Position numbers and translations under genes: made by a program. Of a stretch of DNA of 64,000 nt, positions 63,941-64,000 are shown piece by piece. The notes beneath the pieces were generated by a model that had not been told where the DNA came from, made no database searches, and worked only from the letters and a program-made list of their open reading frames with translations. This DNA is from an uncultured virus (IMG/VR IMGVR_UViG_3300045995_000471) (Duplodnaviria > Heunggongvirae > Uroviricota > Caudoviricetes), in IMG/VR virus record IMGVR_UViG_3300045995_000471, one strand, 5' to 3'. How positions within the stretch are numbered: the first letter of the stretch is position 1; each line of letters opens with the position of its first letter.

Positions 63941-64000
63941 TCGCTCTCCAGTAAACGTGGAAACTGTGGTTGGGGATTTTAAATTCTTAATAAACTGTTG

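Noticed and set aside
26900..63940. Bacterial giant adhesin, NRPS/PKS or polymorphic toxin explanation for the 12-kaa ORF
   Set aside because: No adhesin repeats, NRPS/PKS modules or RHS repeats; the TP901 core and the downstream hub and fibre genes indicate a phage tape measure.
1..64000. CRISPR array, tRNA/rRNA genes, diversity-generating retroelement repeats, or alternative genetic code
   Set aside because: There is no non-coding space or regularly spaced repeat, I saw no TR/VR pair or RT, and very long ORFs read through in the standard code.

Overview
The window is one tightly packed minus-strand gene block that looks like the tail/structural module of a very large tailed bacteriophage (standard code, AGGAGG/GGAG ribosome-binding sites, TAATG overlaps, no intergenic gap above about 50 bp). 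In transcription order (right to left) it begins with a 37-kb ORF of at least 12,346 aa whose frame stays open to the window edge. This ORF carries a TP901-like tape-measure core preceded by about 5,000 aa of enzyme cargo: a single-chain beta/beta' two-barrel RNA polymerase (GYED, K-x7-K, SRM, NRQPT, DFDGD), an Rnl2-type ligase domain, a LigD 3'-phosphoesterase, an RNase HI and two HExxH zincin motifs. A third HExxH and a possible GNAT fold lie near its C-terminus. Next comes a set of Cys-rich baseplate/tail-like genes with two paralogous free-standing LAGLIDADG endonucleases inserted among them. Last are three tandem paralogous fibre/adhesin-like proteins (4,136 aa, about 850 aa and >889 aa truncated); two of them carry F5/8C domains and the largest also has LamG and P-domain modules. 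The main candidate novel system is a tape-measure polyprotein that may inject its own transcription and nucleic-acid end-repair machinery. All domain calls come from motif recognition by eye, not from database searches.
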